From: Massilibacillus sp.
Lineage (GTDB): Bacteria; Bacillota; Negativicutes; JARBTT01
Assembly (NCBI GenBank): GCA_029240055.1
Contig: JARBTT010000003.1
Location: 1-53,801 of the forward strand
DNA: 53,801 bases
Reading direction: 5' to 3'
Notes under the pieces: model-generated
What the model saw: the letters and a program-made list of their open reading frames with translations, nothing else
Told to the model about the DNA's origin: nothing
The model's database searches: none
Part shown: positions 10,577-22,839 of the stretch, one piece after another
Position numbering within the stretch: position 1 is the first letter of the stretch
How the letters are laid out: every line of letters starts with the position of its first letter
Program-made: the position numbers and the translations under genes

Positions 10577-12655
10577 GTGGGTAGACAGTTTCCTCTCGAA
10601 AAGACACGGAACATAGGTATTATGGCACATATTGATGCCGGTAAAACCACTACTACTGAACGCATTCTGTTTTATACAGGTAAAGTGCACAAAATCGGTG
10701 AAGTTCATGAAGGCGCTGCTACTATGGACTGGATGGAGCAGGAACAAGAAAGAGGTATTACTATTACTTCTGCTGCTACAACTTGTCAATGGGCGGATCA
10801 TCGCATTAACATCATTGACACACCAGGTCACGTGGACTTTACTGTTGAAGTAGAACGTTCGTTGAGAGTGCTTGATGGCTCGGTTGCTGTGTTCTGTGCT
10901 AAAGGTGGAGTTGAACCTCAATCTGAAACAGTATGGCGCCAAGCTGATAAATACAACGTACCTCGTATGGCGTACGTAAATAAAATGGATATCTTGGGTG
11001 CGGATTTTTATAGAGTTGTTGACATGTTGAAAACTCGTTTAAATGCAAATCCGGTTGCACTTCAATTGCCAATTGGTTCTGAAGACGTATTCTTAGGAAT
11101 GGTTGACTTAATCAAAATGGACGCTATTATTTATACCGATGATCTTGGTAAAACTAGCGAAGAAGTGGAAATCCCTGCAGATATGAAAGAAAAAGCTGAT
11201 GAATATCGTCAAATTCTTTTGGATACAGTTGCTGAATCCGATGATGAATTGATGATGAAATACCTTGAAGGTGAAGAAATTTCCGAAGCTGAACTAAAAG
11301 CAGCGATTCGTAAAGCAACAATTGCTTGCAAAATGACTCCTGTTTTCTGTGGTTCTTCTTACAAAAATAAGGGTGTTCAACCAATGCTTGATGCAGTAAT
11401 TGATTACATGCCTTCACCACTTGATATTCCAGCTATTAAAGGCACGAATCCGGATACTGGTGAAGAAGATAAACGTGAAGCAGATGATAAAATACCATTC
11501 TCAGCGTTGGCTTTCAAAATTATGGCTGACCCTTATGTTGGTAAATTAGCATTTTTCCGTGTATATTCTGGTACACTTACTTCTGGTTCGTACGTATATA
11601 ACTCAACAAAAGGCAAAAAAGAACGTATTGGTCGTATCCTTCAAATGCATGCAAATCGCCGTGAAGAAATCGAAATGGTTTACAGTGGTGATATCGCAGC
11701 TGCAGTTGGTTTAAAAGATACAGTTACTGGTGATACTCTTTGCGATGAAAAAGAATCTATTATCTTAGAATCCATGGAATTCCCAGAACCAGTTATTTCG
11801 GTTGCTGTTGAACCAAAAACAAAAGCTGACCAAGAAAAAATGGGTATTGCCCTTGCGAGACTTGCAGAAGAAGATCCTACATTCCGTATGAGAACTGACC
11901 AAGAAACTGGTCAATGTATCATTTCTGGTATGGGCGAGCTTCATTTGGAAATCATCGTTGACCGTATGCTTCGCGAGTTTAAAGTTGATTGTACTGTAGG
12001 TAAGCCTCAAGTTGCTTATCGTGAAACAATCCGTAAACAAGTGAAATCAGAAGGTAAATTCGTTCGTCAATCTGGTGGTCGTGGTCAATATGGTCACTGC
12101 TTGCTTGAACTTATCCCTCAAGAACCAGGCGTAGGATTTAGCTTTGAAAACAAAGTTGTCGGTGGTGCAATTCCTAGAGAATTTATTAACCCAATTGAAG
12201 CTGGTATCAAAGAAGCTATGGAAAATGGTGTTGTTGCTGGTTATCCAATGGTTGATATTAAAGTTATTGTTTATGATGGTTCTTACCATGATGTCGATTC
12301 ATCTGAAATGGCGTTTAAAATTGCTGGGTCTATGGGCTTTAAAGCAGGTACTGCAAAAGCAAATCCAGTATTATTAGAACCATATATGAAGGTTGAAGTC
12401 GTTGTTCCGGAAGAATACATGGGTGACGTTATTGGTGACTTAAACTCAAGACGTGGTCGTATTGAAGGTATGGAATCTCGTGCTGGTGCACAAGTAATTA
12501 ATTCCTTCGTTCCACTTTCTGAAATGTTTGGTTACTCTACAGACTTGCGTTCTAAAACACAAGGCCGTGGTAATTATTCCATGGAAATTTCACATTATGA
12601 TGAAGTTCCTAAAAATATATCAGAAGCTATTACAGCTAAAAACAAAGGCGAATAA
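10577..12655 (+). CDS. fusA: Elongation factor G
   Basis: 692 aa, GTG start; [27 protein letters not shown]. Confidence 0.99.
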   Translation: MGRQFPLEKTRNIGIMAHIDAGKTTTTERILFYTGKVHKIGEVHEGAATMDWMEQEQERGITITSAATTCQWADHRINIIDTPGHVDFTVEVERSLRVLDGSVAVFCAKGGVEPQSETVWRQADKYNVPRMAYVNKMDILGADFYRVVDMLKTRLNANPVALQLPIGSEDVFLGMVDLIKMDAIIYTDDLGKTSEEVEIPADMKEKADEYRQILLDTVAESDDELMMKYLEGEEISEAELKAAIRKATIACKMTPVFCGSSYKNKGVQPMLDAVIDYMPSPLDIPAIKGTNPDTGEEDKREADDKIPFSALAFKIMADPYVGKLAFFRVYSGTLTSGSYVYNSTKGKKERIGRILQMHANRREEIEMVYSGDIAAAVGLKDTVTGDTLCDEKESIILESMEFPEPVISVAVEPKTKADQEKMGIALARLAEEDPTFRMRTDQETGQCIISGMGELHLEIIVDRMLREFKVDCTVGKPQVAYRETIRKQVKSEGKFVRQSGGRGQYGHCLLELIPQEPGVGFSFENKVVGGAIPREFINPIEAGIKEAMENGVVAGYPMVDIKVIVYDGSYHDVDSSEMAFKIAGSMGFKAGTAKANPVLLEPYMKVEVVVPEEYMGDVIGDLNSRRGRIEGMESRAGAQVINSFVPLSEMFGYSTDLRSKTQGRGNYSMEISHYDEVPKNISEAITAKNKGE

Positions 12656-12672
12656 GGGAGGATTTATTAACA

Positions 12673-13860
12673 ATGGCAAAACAAAAGTTTGAAAGAAATA
12701 AGCCACATGTAAACATTGGTACGATTGGTCACGTTGACCATGGCAAGACTACATTGACAGCTGCTATCACTAAAGTTTTATCAAAAGCTGGCGGCGCTGA
12801 TTTTATGGATTATTCCATGATCGACAAAGCTCCAGAAGAAAGAGAACGTGGTATCACAATCAATACTGCTCATGTTGAGTATCAAACAGAAAAAAGACAT
12901 TATGCTCACGTTGACTGCCCAGGCCATGCTGACTATGTTAAAAACATGATCACTGGTGCTGCACAAATGGATGGTGCGATCTTAGTAGTAAGTGCTGCTG
13001 ATGGTCCTATGCCACAAACTCGTGAACATATTCTTTTATCTCGTCAAGTTGGCGTGCCTGCAATGGTGGTTTTCTTAAACAAAGCTGACATGGTTGATGA
13101 TGAAGAATTAATGGAATTAGTAGAAATGGAAGTTCGTGAACTTCTTTCTAGCTATGAATTCCCTGGTGATGATATTCCTGTAATTTCTGGTTCAGCGTTA
13201 AAAGCTCTTGAAGGCGACCCTGCTTATGAAGCAAAAATCATCGAACTTATGGATGCTGTGGATGAATACATCCCAACTCCAGTTCGCGATACTGATAAAA
13301 ACTTCTTAATGCCAGTCGAAGACGTTTTCACAATCACTGGTCGTGGTACAGTTGCTACTGGCCGTGTTGAACGTGGTCAAGTTAAAGTTGGTGAAGTTGT
13401 TGAAATCGTTGGTATGAGCGAAGCACCTAAATCAACTACTGTAACAGGCGTTGAAATGTTTAGAAAATTACTTGATAGTGCAGTTGCTGGTGATAATATC
13501 GGAGCTTTACTTCGTGGTGTTGAACGTAAAGAAATCGAACGTGGTCAAGTTCTTGCAAAACCAGGTTCCATTAAACCTCACACTAAATTTAAAGGTGAAG
13601 TTTACGTTTTATCCAAAGAAGAAGGCGGACGTCATACTCCATTCTTCACAAACTATCGTCCACAATTCTATTTCCGTACAACTGACGTAACTGGTGTAGT
13701 TAACTTACCAGACGGTGTTGAAATGGTTATGCCTGGCGATAACATCCAAATGTCTATCGAACTTATCACTCCAATTGCTATTGAAGTTGGTTTACGTTTC
13801 GCTATCCGCGAAGGTGGCCGTACTGTTGGCGCTGGTGTTGTAACTGAAGTTCAAGCTTAA
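12673..13860 (+). CDS. tuf: Elongation factor Tu
   Basis: 395 aa; [31 protein letters not shown]. Confidence 0.99.
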   Translation: MAKQKFERNKPHVNIGTIGHVDHGKTTLTAAITKVLSKAGGADFMDYSMIDKAPEERERGITINTAHVEYQTEKRHYAHVDCPGHADYVKNMITGAAQMDGAILVVSAADGPMPQTREHILLSRQVGVPAMVVFLNKADMVDDEELMELVEMEVRELLSSYEFPGDDIPVISGSALKALEGDPAYEAKIIELMDAVDEYIPTPVRDTDKNFLMPVEDVFTITGRGTVATGRVERGQVKVGEVVEIVGMSEAPKSTTVTGVEMFRKLLDSAVAGDNIGALLRGVERKEIERGQVLAKPGSIKPHTKFKGEVYVLSKEEGGRHTPFFTNYRPQFYFRTTDVTGVVNLPDGVEMVMPGDNIQMSIELITPIAIEVGLRFAIREGGRTVGAGVVTEVQA

Positions 13861-13875
13861 TTTTAGTATCAATAC

Positions 13876-13903
13876 TATAGGGGCGACTTCAGTCGCCCCT
13901 ATA
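13876..13903 (+). terminator. GC-rich hairpin after tuf (weak terminator or mRNA stabiliser)
   Basis: Perfect 12-bp stem tataggggcgac / gtcgcccctata, with no U-tract immediately after it. Confidence 0.55.
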
Positions 13904-13918
13904 AATAAGATTTTTGTA

Positions 13919-14000
13919 CCCCAAGCGATGACGTAGTAGATTGCTCACATTTTTGTGAGGGAACTATTACGGAGAAATGTCCGTTCTAGAAACTGGGCGA
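13919..14000 (+). ncRNA. Structured leader upstream of rpsJ (S10-operon leader-like)
   Basis: Nested stems ccc / ggg, cgtagtag / ctattacg and ctcaca / tgtgag directly before the rpsJ SD. Confidence 0.6.
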
Positions 14001-14017
14001 TAAGGAGGAAATATAAA

Positions 14018-14329
14018 TTGGCTAAACAACAAAAAATCAGAATTCGTTTAAAAGCATATGATCATAAAGCTCTTGATCAAAGCGCGGTGAAAATCGTAGA
14101 TACTGCAAAAAGAACAGGTGCTATGGTATCAGGCCCTATTCCACTACCTACTGAAAAAAACATTTTTACAATCTTACGTTCTCCACATGTTAATAAAGAT
14201 TCCCGTGAGCAATTCGAAATGCGTACTCACAAACGTCTAATTGACATCTTAGAACCAACTTCCAAAACCGTTGACGCTTTAATGCGTTTGGATTTGCCAG
14301 CTGGTGTGGATATCGAAATTAAATTGTAA
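14018..14329 (+). CDS. rpsJ: 30S ribosomal protein S10
   Basis: TTG start after AAGGAGG; [29 protein letters not shown]. Confidence 0.98.
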   Translation: MAKQQKIRIRLKAYDHKALDQSAVKIVDTAKRTGAMVSGPIPLPTEKNIFTILRSPHVNKDSREQFEMRTHKRLIDILEPTSKTVDALMRLDLPAGVDIEIKL

Positions 14330-14347
14330 TAAGAGGAGGTGGAATGA

Positions 14348-14989
14348 ATGGCTAAAGGAATTTTAGGTAAAAAACTTGGTATGACCCAAATCTTTACCGA
14401 AGAAGGTAAAGTTGTTCCAGTTACTGTTGTTGAATCAGGTAAAACTGTTGTAATTCAAAACAAAACTGTTGAAAATGATGGCTATAATGCTGTACAATTA
14501 GGCTTTGGTGTTATGAAAGAAAAACACGTTACAAAACCTATGAAAGGTCATTTTGCAAAAGCTGGCGCGGATGCAGTGAAATTTATTCGCGAAATGCGCT
14601 TATCTGATGCTTCTGAATATAATGCTGGTGATATAATCGGCGTTGACATATTTAGTGCTGGTGAATTAATTGATGTTACTGGTACTGCAAAAGGTAAAGG
14701 TTTTGCTGGTGCAATTAAACGTCATAATTTTAGTCGTGGACCTATGGGCCATGGATCTAAATCACATCGCGAACCAGGTTCAACTGGCGCAATGATGAGT
14801 GGTGGCGGCGGTAAAGTCTTAAAAGGTAAAAAATTACCAGGTCGTATGGGCGCTCAAAAAGTAACACTTCAACGTTTAAGCGTTGTAAGAGTAGACACTG
14901 ACCGTAATTTGATCTTAATCAAGGGTGCTATTCCTGGTCCAAAGGGTAGCTACGTTGTTATTAAAAATACTGTAAAACCTAACAAATAA
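14348..14989 (+). CDS. rplC: 50S ribosomal protein L3
   Basis: [28 protein letters not shown]. Confidence 0.99.
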   Translation: MAKGILGKKLGMTQIFTEEGKVVPVTVVESGKTVVIQNKTVENDGYNAVQLGFGVMKEKHVTKPMKGHFAKAGADAVKFIREMRLSDASEYNAGDIIGVDIFSAGELIDVTGTAKGKGFAGAIKRHNFSRGPMGHGSKSHREPGSTGAMMSGGGGKVLKGKKLPGRMGAQKVTLQRLSVVRVDTDRNLILIKGAIPGPKGSYVVIKNTVKPNK

Positions 14990-15024
14990 GCTCTTTTGAG
15001 CTCGAAAGGAGGATGTGCTATATT

Positions 15025-15651
15025 ATGCCTAAAGTAGCAGTCTATACAATCGCTGGTAAACAGACTGGCGAAGAATTAGAATTAAATGAAAGCGTATTTG
15101 GTGTAGAAGTTAACGAAGCTGTTGTTCATCAAGCTGTTGTGATGCAACTTGCAAGTCAACGTCTTGGTACGCATGCAACTAAAACTAGAGGTTTCGTACG
15201 CGGTGGCGGACGTAAACCTTGGAAACAAAAAGGTACTGGTCGTGCTCGTTCAGGTAGCACCCGTTCACCAATTTGGGTAGGCGGTGGTACTGTATTTGGT
15301 CCATCACCTCGTTCATATGCATTCAGAATGCCTCGTAAACAACGTCGTTTAGCAATTAGATGTGCGTTGTCATCAAAAGTACAAAGTGGAGAATTAGTTA
15401 TTGTTGATAGCATTGCTTTTGAACAAGCTAAAACTAAAAACGTTGTACAAATGTTGAACGATTTCAGCGTGGATAAGAAAGCTCTTATCATTACAGCTGA
15501 GGCAATTGAAAACGTGGAAAAATCTTCACGTAATATTCCTGGTGTAAAAGCTATTAGTTCTCGTGGGCTTAATGTTTATGATATCTTAAATCATAATAAG
15601 CTTTTCATTACTAAAGATGCAGTTACCCGCATTGAGGAGGTACTTGCGTAA
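15025..15651 (+). CDS. rplD: 50S ribosomal protein L4
   Basis: [16 protein letters not shown]; start ATG 15025. Confidence 0.98.
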   Translation: MPKVAVYTIAGKQTGEELELNESVFGVEVNEAVVHQAVVMQLASQRLGTHATKTRGFVRGGGRKPWKQKGTGRARSGSTRSPIWVGGGTVFGPSPRSYAFRMPRKQRRLAIRCALSSKVQSGELVIVDSIAFEQAKTKNVVQMLNDFSVDKKALIITAEAIENVEKSSRNIPGVKAISSRGLNVYDILNHNKLFITKDAVTRIEEVLA

Positions 15652-15938
15652 TGGCAAATGCACGCGATATTTTAATCCGTCCGCTTATCACTGAAAGAAC
15701 AACTGCGTTAATGCAAGAAGGCAAATATACATTTGTTGTTCCTAAGACAGCTAACAAAGTTGAAATAAGAACTGCTGTTCAAGAAATATTCAAAGTAAAA
15801 GTTCTTGTAGTAAACACTGTAAACGTGTTAGGAAAAGTAAAACGTATGGGTCGCAGTCAAGGCAAACGCGCAGATTATAAAAAAGCTGTTGTTAAACTTG
15901 CACCTGGCGAAAGCATCGAATTCTTCGAAGGTGTATAA
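15651..15938 (+). CDS. rplW: 50S ribosomal protein L23
   Basis: RPLITE, ANKVEI, YKKAVV. Confidence 0.98.
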   Translation: MANARDILIRPLITERTTALMQEGKYTFVVPKTANKVEIRTAVQEIFKVKVLVVNTVNVLGKVKRMGRSQGKRADYKKAVVKLAPGESIEFFEGV

Positions 15939-15970
15939 TAGCTTAAGTTTTTGGAAAAGGAGGTTAACCA

Positions 15971-16798
15971 ATGGCAGTAAAAAGTTTTAAACCATATTCT
16001 GCAGGTAGAAGATTCATGACAGTAGCTAGTTTCGATGAAATCACTACTGACAAACCTGAGAAAGCTCTAGTTGAGCGTCTACAAAAACATGGTGGTCGTA
16101 ATCATCTAGGTCGTTTAACAGTAAGACATCAAGGTGGCGGTCACAAACGTTTATACCGTGTGATTGACTTTAAACGGAATAAAGATGATATTCAAGCAAC
16201 TGTTGCTACAATTGAATACGATCCGAACCGTTCAGCGCGTATTGCGCTTTTAAATTATGCTGATGGTGAAAAACGTTACATCTTAGCACCTAACGGTATT
16301 AAAGTTGGGGATAAAATTGTATCTGGTCCTGAAGCTGACATCAAACCTGGTAATGCGTTACCAATTATAAATATTCCTGTTGGTACTATGATTCATAATA
16401 TTGAGATGAAAATCGGTAAAGGTGGACAATTGGTTCGTTCCGCTGGTACAGGTGCTCAATTAATGGCGAAAGAGGGCGATTATGCACTTCTTCGTATGCC
16501 TTCAGGTGAGTTACGTAAAGTTCATATCAATTGTAAAGCAACGATTGGTCAAGTAGGTAATCTTGAACATGAAAACATCACAATTGGTAAAGCTGGTCGT
16601 TCTCGTTGGTTAGGTATTCGTCCTGCTAATCGTGGGGTAACAATGAATCCTAATGACCATCCACATGGTGGTGGTGAAGGTCGTAGCCCAGTTGGTCGTA
16701 AACATCCTGTTACTCCATGGGGTAAACATGCTATGGGTGCTACAACTCGTCGTAAAAAGAACTCTGACAAGTTTATTGTCAAAGGTCGTACGAAATAA
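15971..16798 (+). CDS. rplB: 50S ribosomal protein L2
   Basis: [21 protein letters not shown]. Confidence 0.99.
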   Translation: MAVKSFKPYSAGRRFMTVASFDEITTDKPEKALVERLQKHGGRNHLGRLTVRHQGGGHKRLYRVIDFKRNKDDIQATVATIEYDPNRSARIALLNYADGEKRYILAPNGIKVGDKIVSGPEADIKPGNALPIINIPVGTMIHNIEMKIGKGGQLVRSAGTGAQLMAKEGDYALLRMPSGELRKVHINCKATIGQVGNLEHENITIGKAGRSRWLGIRPANRGVTMNPNDHPHGGGEGRSPVGRKHPVTPWGKHAMGATTRRKKNSDKFIVKGRTK

Positions 16799-16875
16799 TT
16801 AAAAGATTGATATAAGATATAGGCGCGAAACTTGAACTTTTAAGTTCCTCGCCTTGGCGAAAGGAGGATACATCA

Positions 16876-17157
16876 TTGTCAAGATCAATTAAAAAAGGAC
16901 CATATGTTCATGAAAGCGTTCTTAAGAAAATTGACGCCATGAATGCAACTAATGAGAAAAAAGTTATTAAAACGTGGTCACGTAGTTCAACTATTCTTCC
17001 TAATTTTGTTGGTCACACTATAGCAGTGCATGACGGTCGTAAACATGTACCTGTTTATGTAACTGAAGATATGGTAGGTCACAAACTTGGTGAATTCGCG
17101 CCGACTCGTACTTTCAAAGGGCATTCCGGCGAAGAAAGACGTACATCACTTAAGTAG
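16876..17157 (+). CDS. rpsS: 30S ribosomal protein S19
   Basis: TTG start; [17 protein letters not shown]. Confidence 0.99.
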   Translation: MSRSIKKGPYVHESVLKKIDAMNATNEKKVIKTWSRSSTILPNFVGHTIAVHDGRKHVPVYVTEDMVGHKLGEFAPTRTFKGHSGEERRTSLK

Positions 17158-17181
17158 TTTTTGCCGAAAGGAGGCTAATCT

Positions 17182-17514
17182 GTGGAAGCTAAATCAGTAG
17201 CAAAATACATTCGCGTCGCTCCTCGTAAAATTCGTATAGTTATGGATTTAATCCGTGGTAAACAAATCGGAGAAGCGTTTGCAATTTTAAAATTCACACC
17301 AAAAGTTGGTGCTGATGTTATAGAAAAAGTTTTGAAATCAGCTGTAGCAAATGCTGAACACAACTTTGATATGAATGTTGATAATCTTTATATCGCTGCG
17401 GCATATGTAGACCAAGGGCCTACATTGAAACGTATTCATCCACGTTCTCGTGGGCAAGCGTTTAAAATTTTAAAGCGTTCAAGTCACGTAACGGTTGTTG
17501 TAAAAGAAAGATAA
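17182..17514 (+). CDS. rplV: 50S ribosomal protein L22
   Basis: GTG start; [21 protein letters not shown]. Confidence 0.99.
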   Translation: MEAKSVAKYIRVAPRKIRIVMDLIRGKQIGEAFAILKFTPKVGADVIEKVLKSAVANAEHNFDMNVDNLYIAAAYVDQGPTLKRIHPRSRGQAFKILKRSSHVTVVVKER

Positions 17515-17530
17515 AAAGGAGGGAAACGAA

Positions 17531-18202
17531 TTGGGTCAAAAAGTTAATCCACATGGCTTGCGCCTTGGCGTTGTTAAAACATGGGATGCTAAGTGGTATG
17601 CAGATAAAGACTATGCAAGTAACTTGCATGAAGATATAAAAGTGCGTACGTATTTGAAAGCTTTGCTTCGTAATGCGGGCGTATCTAAAATTGAAACTGA
17701 ACGTGGTCAAAATCGTCTTAAATTGACGATTCACACTGCAAAACCAGGTATGGTTATCGGTCGTGGCGGTTCAGGAATTGAACAAATCAAAAATGGTTTA
17801 AAGAAACTAACTACTAAACATGTTGACATCAACATTGCTGAAATTAAGCAACCAGACTTAGATTCAACATTAGTAGCTGAAAATATTGCAGCTCAATTAG
17901 AACGTCGTATTGCGTTCCGCCGTGCTATGAAACAAGCGGTTGGTCGTACAATGCGTATGGGTGCTAAAGGTATCAAAGTAATGGTAGGCGGTCGTTTAGG
18001 CGGAGCTGAAATTGCTAGAAGTGAAGCTTATCGTGAAGGGAGTATTCCACTTCATACTTTAAGAGCTGACATTGACTACGGTACTGCTGAGGCTCACACT
18101 ACTTACGGCCTTATCGGCGTAAAAGTTTGGATCTTCAAAGGTGAAATTTTACCTGAAGTGAAAAAAGTCGTTGCTGCCGCTGTCGAAGGGAGCGAAGCAT
18201 AA
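17531..18202 (+). CDS. rpsC: 30S ribosomal protein S3
   Basis: TTG start; [22 protein letters not shown]. Confidence 0.99.
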   Translation: MGQKVNPHGLRLGVVKTWDAKWYADKDYASNLHEDIKVRTYLKALLRNAGVSKIETERGQNRLKLTIHTAKPGMVIGRGGSGIEQIKNGLKKLTTKHVDINIAEIKQPDLDSTLVAENIAAQLERRIAFRRAMKQAVGRTMRMGAKGIKVMVGGRLGGAEIARSEAYREGSIPLHTLRADIDYGTAEAHTTYGLIGVKVWIFKGEILPEVKKVVAAAVEGSEA

Positions 18203-18663
18203 TGTTATTACCAAAAAGAGTAAAACACCGCAAACAGTTCCGCGGTCGTATGAAAGGTAAAGCAACCAGAGGAAATACAGTAAGTCATGGTGAATTTGGC
18301 TTACAAGCATTAGAACCTGCTTGGATTACCAATAGACAAATTGAAGCTGCTCGTATTGCTATGACTCGTTATATCAAACGTGGTGGTAAAGTTTGGATCA
18401 AAATTTTCCCAGATAAACCTGTAACTGCAAAACCTGCCGAAACTCGTATGGGTAGTGGTAAAGGTTCAGTAGAATACTGGGTAGCAGTAGTTAAACCAGG
18501 TCGTATCATGTTCGAAATGGATGGCGTTACAGAGGAAACTGCAAAAGAAGCTATGCGTCTTGCTGCACATAAACTTCCTATTAAAACAAAATTCGTTACA
18601 CGTGAACAAGCTCAAAAACAGGCTCAAGAGCAAGCAGAGGGCGGTGAAGTAAATGAAGGTTAA
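18202..18663 (+). CDS. rplP: 50S ribosomal protein L16
   Basis: [15 protein letters not shown]; Q/A-rich C-terminal tail. Confidence 0.99.
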   Translation: MLLPKRVKHRKQFRGRMKGKATRGNTVSHGEFGLQALEPAWITNRQIEAARIAMTRYIKRGGKVWIKIFPDKPVTAKPAETRMGSGKGSVEYWVAVVKPGRIMFEMDGVTEETAKEAMRLAAHKLPIKTKFVTREQAQKQAQEQAEGGEVNEG

Positions 18664-18847
18664 TGATATACGTGATATGAGTGAAGTTGAACTTAACCAA
18701 AAACTTGCTTCTCTAAAAGAAGAACTATTTAACCTCAGATTTCAACTTGCTACTGGCCAGCTTGAAAACCCAATGCGTATCAAAGATGTAAAGAAAACAA
18801 TTGCTCGCATTAAAACAATCCAACGTGAACAAGAGTTAAAAGCTTAA
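18653..18847 (+). CDS. rpmC: 50S ribosomal protein L29
   Basis: [17 protein letters not shown]. Confidence 0.99.
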   Translation: MKVNDIRDMSEVELNQKLASLKEELFNLRFQLATGQLENPMRIKDVKKTIARIKTIQREQELKA

Positions 18848-18907
18848 TTCACGCGAATATTTTTGGCGGCTGAAAAATGATATGCAACGGAAGGAGGCTA
18901 TTCAGGC

Positions 18908-19165
18908 ATGACTGAAAGAAATGATCGCAAAACTAAAGTTGGTAAAGTGGTAAGTGACAAAATGGACAAAACTGTTGTAGTAGCAGTTGAACGTCTTGTC
19001 CAACATCCACTATACAAAAAAGCGGTAAAACAAACTGTTAAATTTAAAGCGCATGATGAAAATAATGACGCACATATTGGCGATACTGTAGAAATGATGG
19101 AAACTCGTCCATTGTCTAAAGATAAGCGTTGGAGAGTTATTGAAGTTCTATCAAGAGCAAAATAA
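18908..19165 (+). CDS. rpsQ: 30S ribosomal protein S17
   Basis: [19 protein letters not shown]. Confidence 0.99.
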   Translation: MTERNDRKTKVGKVVSDKMDKTVVVAVERLVQHPLYKKAVKQTVKFKAHDENNDAHIGDTVEMMETRPLSKDKRWRVIEVLSRAK

Positions 19166-19226
19166 TAAAAATTCGCTTATTTCGCTTTTGAAATGAACTG
19201 AAAAATCTCAAGAAGGAGGTAAAACA

Positions 19227-19595
19227 ATGATTCAACAACAAACAATGCTTAACGTTGGTGATAACACTGGTGCTAAGGAAATCATGTGCATTCGTGTACT
19301 TGGTGGTTCTTATCGTAAATTCGCTAACATTGGTGACGTAATTGTTGCTGCAGTTAAATCTGCATCACCTGGCGGTGTAGTTAAAAAAGGTGATGTTGTT
19401 AAAGCTGTAGTTGTACGTACCAAAAAAGGTTTACGTCGTCCAGATGGTTCTTATATTCGTTTTGATGAAAACGCTGCCGTTGTCATTAAAGATGATAAGA
19501 CTCCAAGAGGTACTCGTATTTTCGGACCAGTAGCTAGAGAGTTGCGTGACAAAGATTTCATGAAAATCGTCTCACTAGCTCCAGAAGTAATCTAA
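19227..19595 (+). CDS. rplN: 50S ribosomal protein L14
   Basis: [18 protein letters not shown]. Confidence 0.99.
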   Translation: MIQQQTMLNVGDNTGAKEIMCIRVLGGSYRKFANIGDVIVAAVKSASPGGVVKKGDVVKAVVVRTKKGLRRPDGSYIRFDENAAVVIKDDKTPRGTRIFGPVARELRDKDFMKIVSLAPEVI

Positions 19596-19612
19596 GTTAG
19601 GAGGTGTCCTAT

Positions 19613-19939
19613 TTGTCACAAAACAAATTGCACGTAAAAAAAGGCGATACAGTTTTAGTATTGTCTGGCAAAGATAAAGGCAAACAAGGTCAAATCATTG
19701 AAGCATTACCTAAAAAAGATAAAGTTGTCGTTGAAGGCGTTAACAAAGTAAAACGTCACACGAAACCTAGTCAAAGTGCTCCGCAAGGTGGCATTATGGT
19801 TAAAGAAGCTCCAATGCATGTGGCTAAAGTAATGCTTGTATGCCCAGCATGTTCAAAAGCAACTCGTATTGCTAAAAAAGATGTGAATGGTAAATTAGTT
19901 CGTGCTTGCAAAAAGTGCGGAGAAATCGTTGATAAATAA
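19613..19939 (+). CDS. rplX: 50S ribosomal protein L24
   Basis: TTG start after AGGAGGT; KOW motif [16 protein letters not shown]; CPAC...CKKC. Confidence 0.97.
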   Translation: MSQNKLHVKKGDTVLVLSGKDKGKQGQIIEALPKKDKVVVEGVNKVKRHTKPSQSAPQGGIMVKEAPMHVAKVMLVCPACSKATRIAKKDVNGKLVRACKKCGEIVDK

Positions 19940-19968
19940 AATTTGAAGCGAAAGGAGGTAGCCTATCA

Positions 19969-20508
19969 GTGGATAGACTTAAAGAAAAATATCTTAATGA
20001 AGTAGTTCCAGCTTTAACTGAAAAGTTCGGATATAAAAACGTAATGGAAATACCTAAAATAGACAAAGTTATTATTAATATGGGTGTTGGTGAGGCTGTA
20101 GGTAACCCTAAAGTTCTAGATTCAGCAGTTAGTGATATGACATTAATCGCTGGTCAAAAACCAATATTAACCCGTGCTAAAAAATCTTTAGCAGTTTGGA
20201 AATTACGTGAAGGCATGCCAATCGGCGCGAAAGTAACTCTTCGTGGCGTACGTATGTATCAATTCATGGATAAATTTATGAACGTGGCTCTACCACGTGT
20301 TCGTGATTTCCGTGGTATTAGTGCTAAATCTTTTGATGGACGTGGCAACTATTCCATGGGTCTTAAAGAACAATTAATTTTCCCTGAAATTGAATATGAC
20401 AAGATCGATAAAATTCGTGGTATGAATATTATCGTTGTAACAACAGCAAAAACAGATGAAGAAGCAAGAGAGCTTCTAAAATTAATGGGAATGCCATTTA
20501 GCGCGTAA
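19969..20508 (+). CDS. rplE: 50S ribosomal protein L5
   Basis: GTG start; [17 protein letters not shown]. Confidence 0.99.
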   Translation: MDRLKEKYLNEVVPALTEKFGYKNVMEIPKIDKVIINMGVGEAVGNPKVLDSAVSDMTLIAGQKPILTRAKKSLAVWKLREGMPIGAKVTLRGVRMYQFMDKFMNVALPRVRDFRGISAKSFDGRGNYSMGLKEQLIFPEIEYDKIDKIRGMNIIVVTTAKTDEEARELLKLMGMPFSA

Positions 20509-20522
20509 AGGAGGTACTTACT

Positions 20523-20708
20523 GTGGCCAAAAAGGCGATGATTGAAAAATGGGGTCGCGAACCGAAATTTGAAGTTCGTAGATATAATAGATGTAAAATT
20601 TGTGGCCGTCCACACGGATACATGCGTAAATTCGAAATGTGCCGTATTTGTTTTAGAGAACAAAGCTACAAAGGTGCTATCCCTGGGGTAACCAAAGCTA
20701 GCTGGTAA
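20523..20708 (+). CDS. rpsZ: 30S ribosomal protein S14, 61-aa zinc-binding (C+) type
   Basis: RCKICGRPH...CRICFRE. Confidence 0.98.
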   Translation: MAKKAMIEKWGREPKFEVRRYNRCKICGRPHGYMRKFEMCRICFREQSYKGAIPGVTKASW

Positions 20709-20734
20709 CATTAACGGAAGGAGGATATCTATCT

Positions 20735-21133
20735 ATGGTAATGACTGATCCAATTGCTGATATGCTAACTCGTTTGCGTAATGCAAACTCCGTATATCAT
20801 GAGAAAGTAGAAATACCAGGATCTAAAATTAAACAAGCAATTGCTGTTATTTTAAAAGAAGAAGGTTTCATTAAAGATTTTGACTTTACTTCTGACAGCA
20901 AACAAGGCGTTATTCGCGTGAACCTTAAATATGGTCCTAACCGCGAAAAAGTAATCACAGGCATTAAACGTATTTCCAAACCTGGTTTACGTGTATATGC
21001 TAAAAGCGAACAATTACCTCGTGTACTTGGTGGTCTTGGTATCGCTATTGTTTCCACTTCAAAAGGCATTATGAGTGACAAACAAGCTCGTCGTAATGGT
21101 CTTGGTGGAGAAGTAATCGCTTACGTTTGGTAA
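20735..21133 (+). CDS. rpsH: 30S ribosomal protein S8
   Basis: [26 protein letters not shown]. Confidence 0.99.
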   Translation: MVMTDPIADMLTRLRNANSVYHEKVEIPGSKIKQAIAVILKEEGFIKDFDFTSDSKQGVIRVNLKYGPNREKVITGIKRISKPGLRVYAKSEQLPRVLGGLGIAIVSTSKGIMSDKQARRNGLGGEVIAYVW

Positions 21134-21162
21134 TATATTTTTTGTAGCTAGGAGGTGTATGG

Positions 21163-21714
21163 ATGTCAAGAATTGGTAGAGCACCTATTACAATTCCTGC
21201 TGGTGTAACAGTTACAATAGCAGAAGATAATACGGTGACAGTAAAAGGTCCTAAAGGCGAACTTACTCGTACTTTGCATAAAGACATGATAATTGAAATC
21301 GAAGAAAACGTTATTACAGTAAAACGTCCTTCAGATGTTAAAGAGCATAGATCATTACATGGTTTAACTCGCACATTAGTTTCCAATATGGTTATTGGTG
21401 TTACTGTAGGCTTCAGCAAAACTCTTGAAATCAACGGTGTTGGTTATAGAGCAGCAAAAGCTGGACAAAACGTTAACTTGTCTCTTGGTTTCTCCCATCC
21501 TGTAGTAGTGGAACCACCTAAAGGTATTACTCTAGAAGTTCCAGCTCCAAACAAAATTATTGTTTTGGGCATTAATAAAGAAGAAGTTGGCGCTATTGCA
21601 GCTAATATTCGTGGATATAGAGAACCAGAACCTTACAAAGGTAAAGGGATTAAATATGAAGGCGAAGTTGTTCGTCGTAAAGTTGGTAAAGCCGGCGGTA
21701 AAGGCAAGAAGTAA
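21163..21714 (+). CDS. rplF: 50S ribosomal protein L6
   Basis: [20 protein letters not shown]. Confidence 0.99.
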   Translation: MSRIGRAPITIPAGVTVTIAEDNTVTVKGPKGELTRTLHKDMIIEIEENVITVKRPSDVKEHRSLHGLTRTLVSNMVIGVTVGFSKTLEINGVGYRAAKAGQNVNLSLGFSHPVVVEPPKGITLEVPAPNKIIVLGINKEEVGAIAANIRGYREPEPYKGKGIKYEGEVVRRKVGKAGGKGKK

Positions 21715-21739
21715 TCTTTAAGTGAAAGGAGTGACTAAC

Positions 21740-22099
21740 TTGCTTCTTAAAGCAGATAAAAACAAAGGTCGTCAAAAACGTCACTTAAGAGTTCGTAAAA
21801 ATATTTCTGGTACAGCTCAAAAACCACGTTTAAACGTGTTCCGTAGCTTAAGCAATATTTATGCACAAATCATTGATGACGTAAATGGTGTAACTTTAGT
21901 TGCAGCAAGTTCAAAAGATAAAGACTTTACTATTTATGGTGGTAATATCGAAGCTGCAAAAGCAGTTGGCGCAGCAGTTGCAAAACGTGCTGTAGAAAAA
22001 GGTATTACTGAAGTAGTATTTGATCGTGGTGGCTATATCTATCATGGTAGAGTAGCTGCAGTAGCTGAAGCAGCTCGCGAAGCGGGTCTTAAATTCTAG
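21740..22099 (+). CDS. rplR: 50S ribosomal protein L18
   Basis: TTG start after AAGGAG; [20 protein letters not shown]. Confidence 0.97.
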   Translation: MLLKADKNKGRQKRHLRVRKNISGTAQKPRLNVFRSLSNIYAQIIDDVNGVTLVAASSKDKDFTIYGGNIEAAKAVGAAVAKRAVEKGITEVVFDRGGYIYHGRVAAVAEAAREAGLKF

Positions 22100-22122
22100 T
22101 TTTTGGAAAAGGAGGTAAATTA

Positions 22123-22623
22123 ATGGCCAGAATCGACTATACTGCTCTTGAGTTACAAGAGAAAGTTGTTTATATTAACAGAGTTGCTAAGGTTGTTAAA
22201 GGTGGACGTCGTTTTTCATTCAGCGCACTAGTTGTTGTTGGTGATGGAAACGGTCACGTAGGCGCCGGTTTAGGTAAAGCTGGTGAAGTTCCTGAAGCAA
22301 TCAGAAAAGGCATTGAAGATGCTAAGAAAAATCTTATTAATGTTTCATTAGTAGGAAAAACAATTCCTCATCAAATTATTGGTGTGTTTGGCGCAGGTCG
22401 CGTATTATTAAAACCTGCTGGAAAAGGTACTGGTGTTATCGCTGGTGGTCCTGCACGTGCGGTGCTGGAACTTGCTGGTATTCATGACATCTTAACAAAA
22501 TCACTTGGTTCATCTAACCCTAATAATATGGTTCGTGCTACATTAAAAGGTCTAGATCAACTTAAAAAAGCTGAATTAGTGGCTGAACTTCGTGGTAAAA
22601 CTGTTCAAGAACTTTTGGGTTAA
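22123..22623 (+). CDS. rpsE: 30S ribosomal protein S5
   Basis: [22 protein letters not shown]. Confidence 0.99.
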   Translation: MARIDYTALELQEKVVYINRVAKVVKGGRRFSFSALVVVGDGNGHVGAGLGKAGEVPEAIRKGIEDAKKNLINVSLVGKTIPHQIIGVFGAGRVLLKPAGKGTGVIAGGPARAVLELAGIHDILTKSLGSSNPNNMVRATLKGLDQLKKAELVAELRGKTVQELLG

Positions 22624-22635
22624 GGAGGCATTTTG

Positions 22636-22821
22636 ATGGCAAAATTAAAAATCACTCTTACCAGAAGCTTGATAGGAAGACCTGAAGATCAAAGAGCTAC
22701 TGTTAAGGCTTTAGGATTACACAAATTAAATTCGTCAGTCGAACAAGAAGATAATGCGGTTATTCGCGGCATGGTTCACAAAGTTGAACATCTTGTTACA
22801 GTTGAAGAATTACAAGACTAA
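22636..22821 (+). CDS. rpmD: 50S ribosomal protein L30
   Basis: [22 protein letters not shown]. Confidence 0.98.
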   Translation: MAKLKITLTRSLIGRPEDQRATVKALGLHKLNSSVEQEDNAVIRGMVHKVEHLVTVEELQD

Positions 22822-22839
22822 GTTCAAGGAGGTGCTTGT

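Noticed and set aside
13955-14017. N-terminal extension of S10
   Set aside because: This is the structured leader. The SD AAGGAGG precedes TTG 14018.
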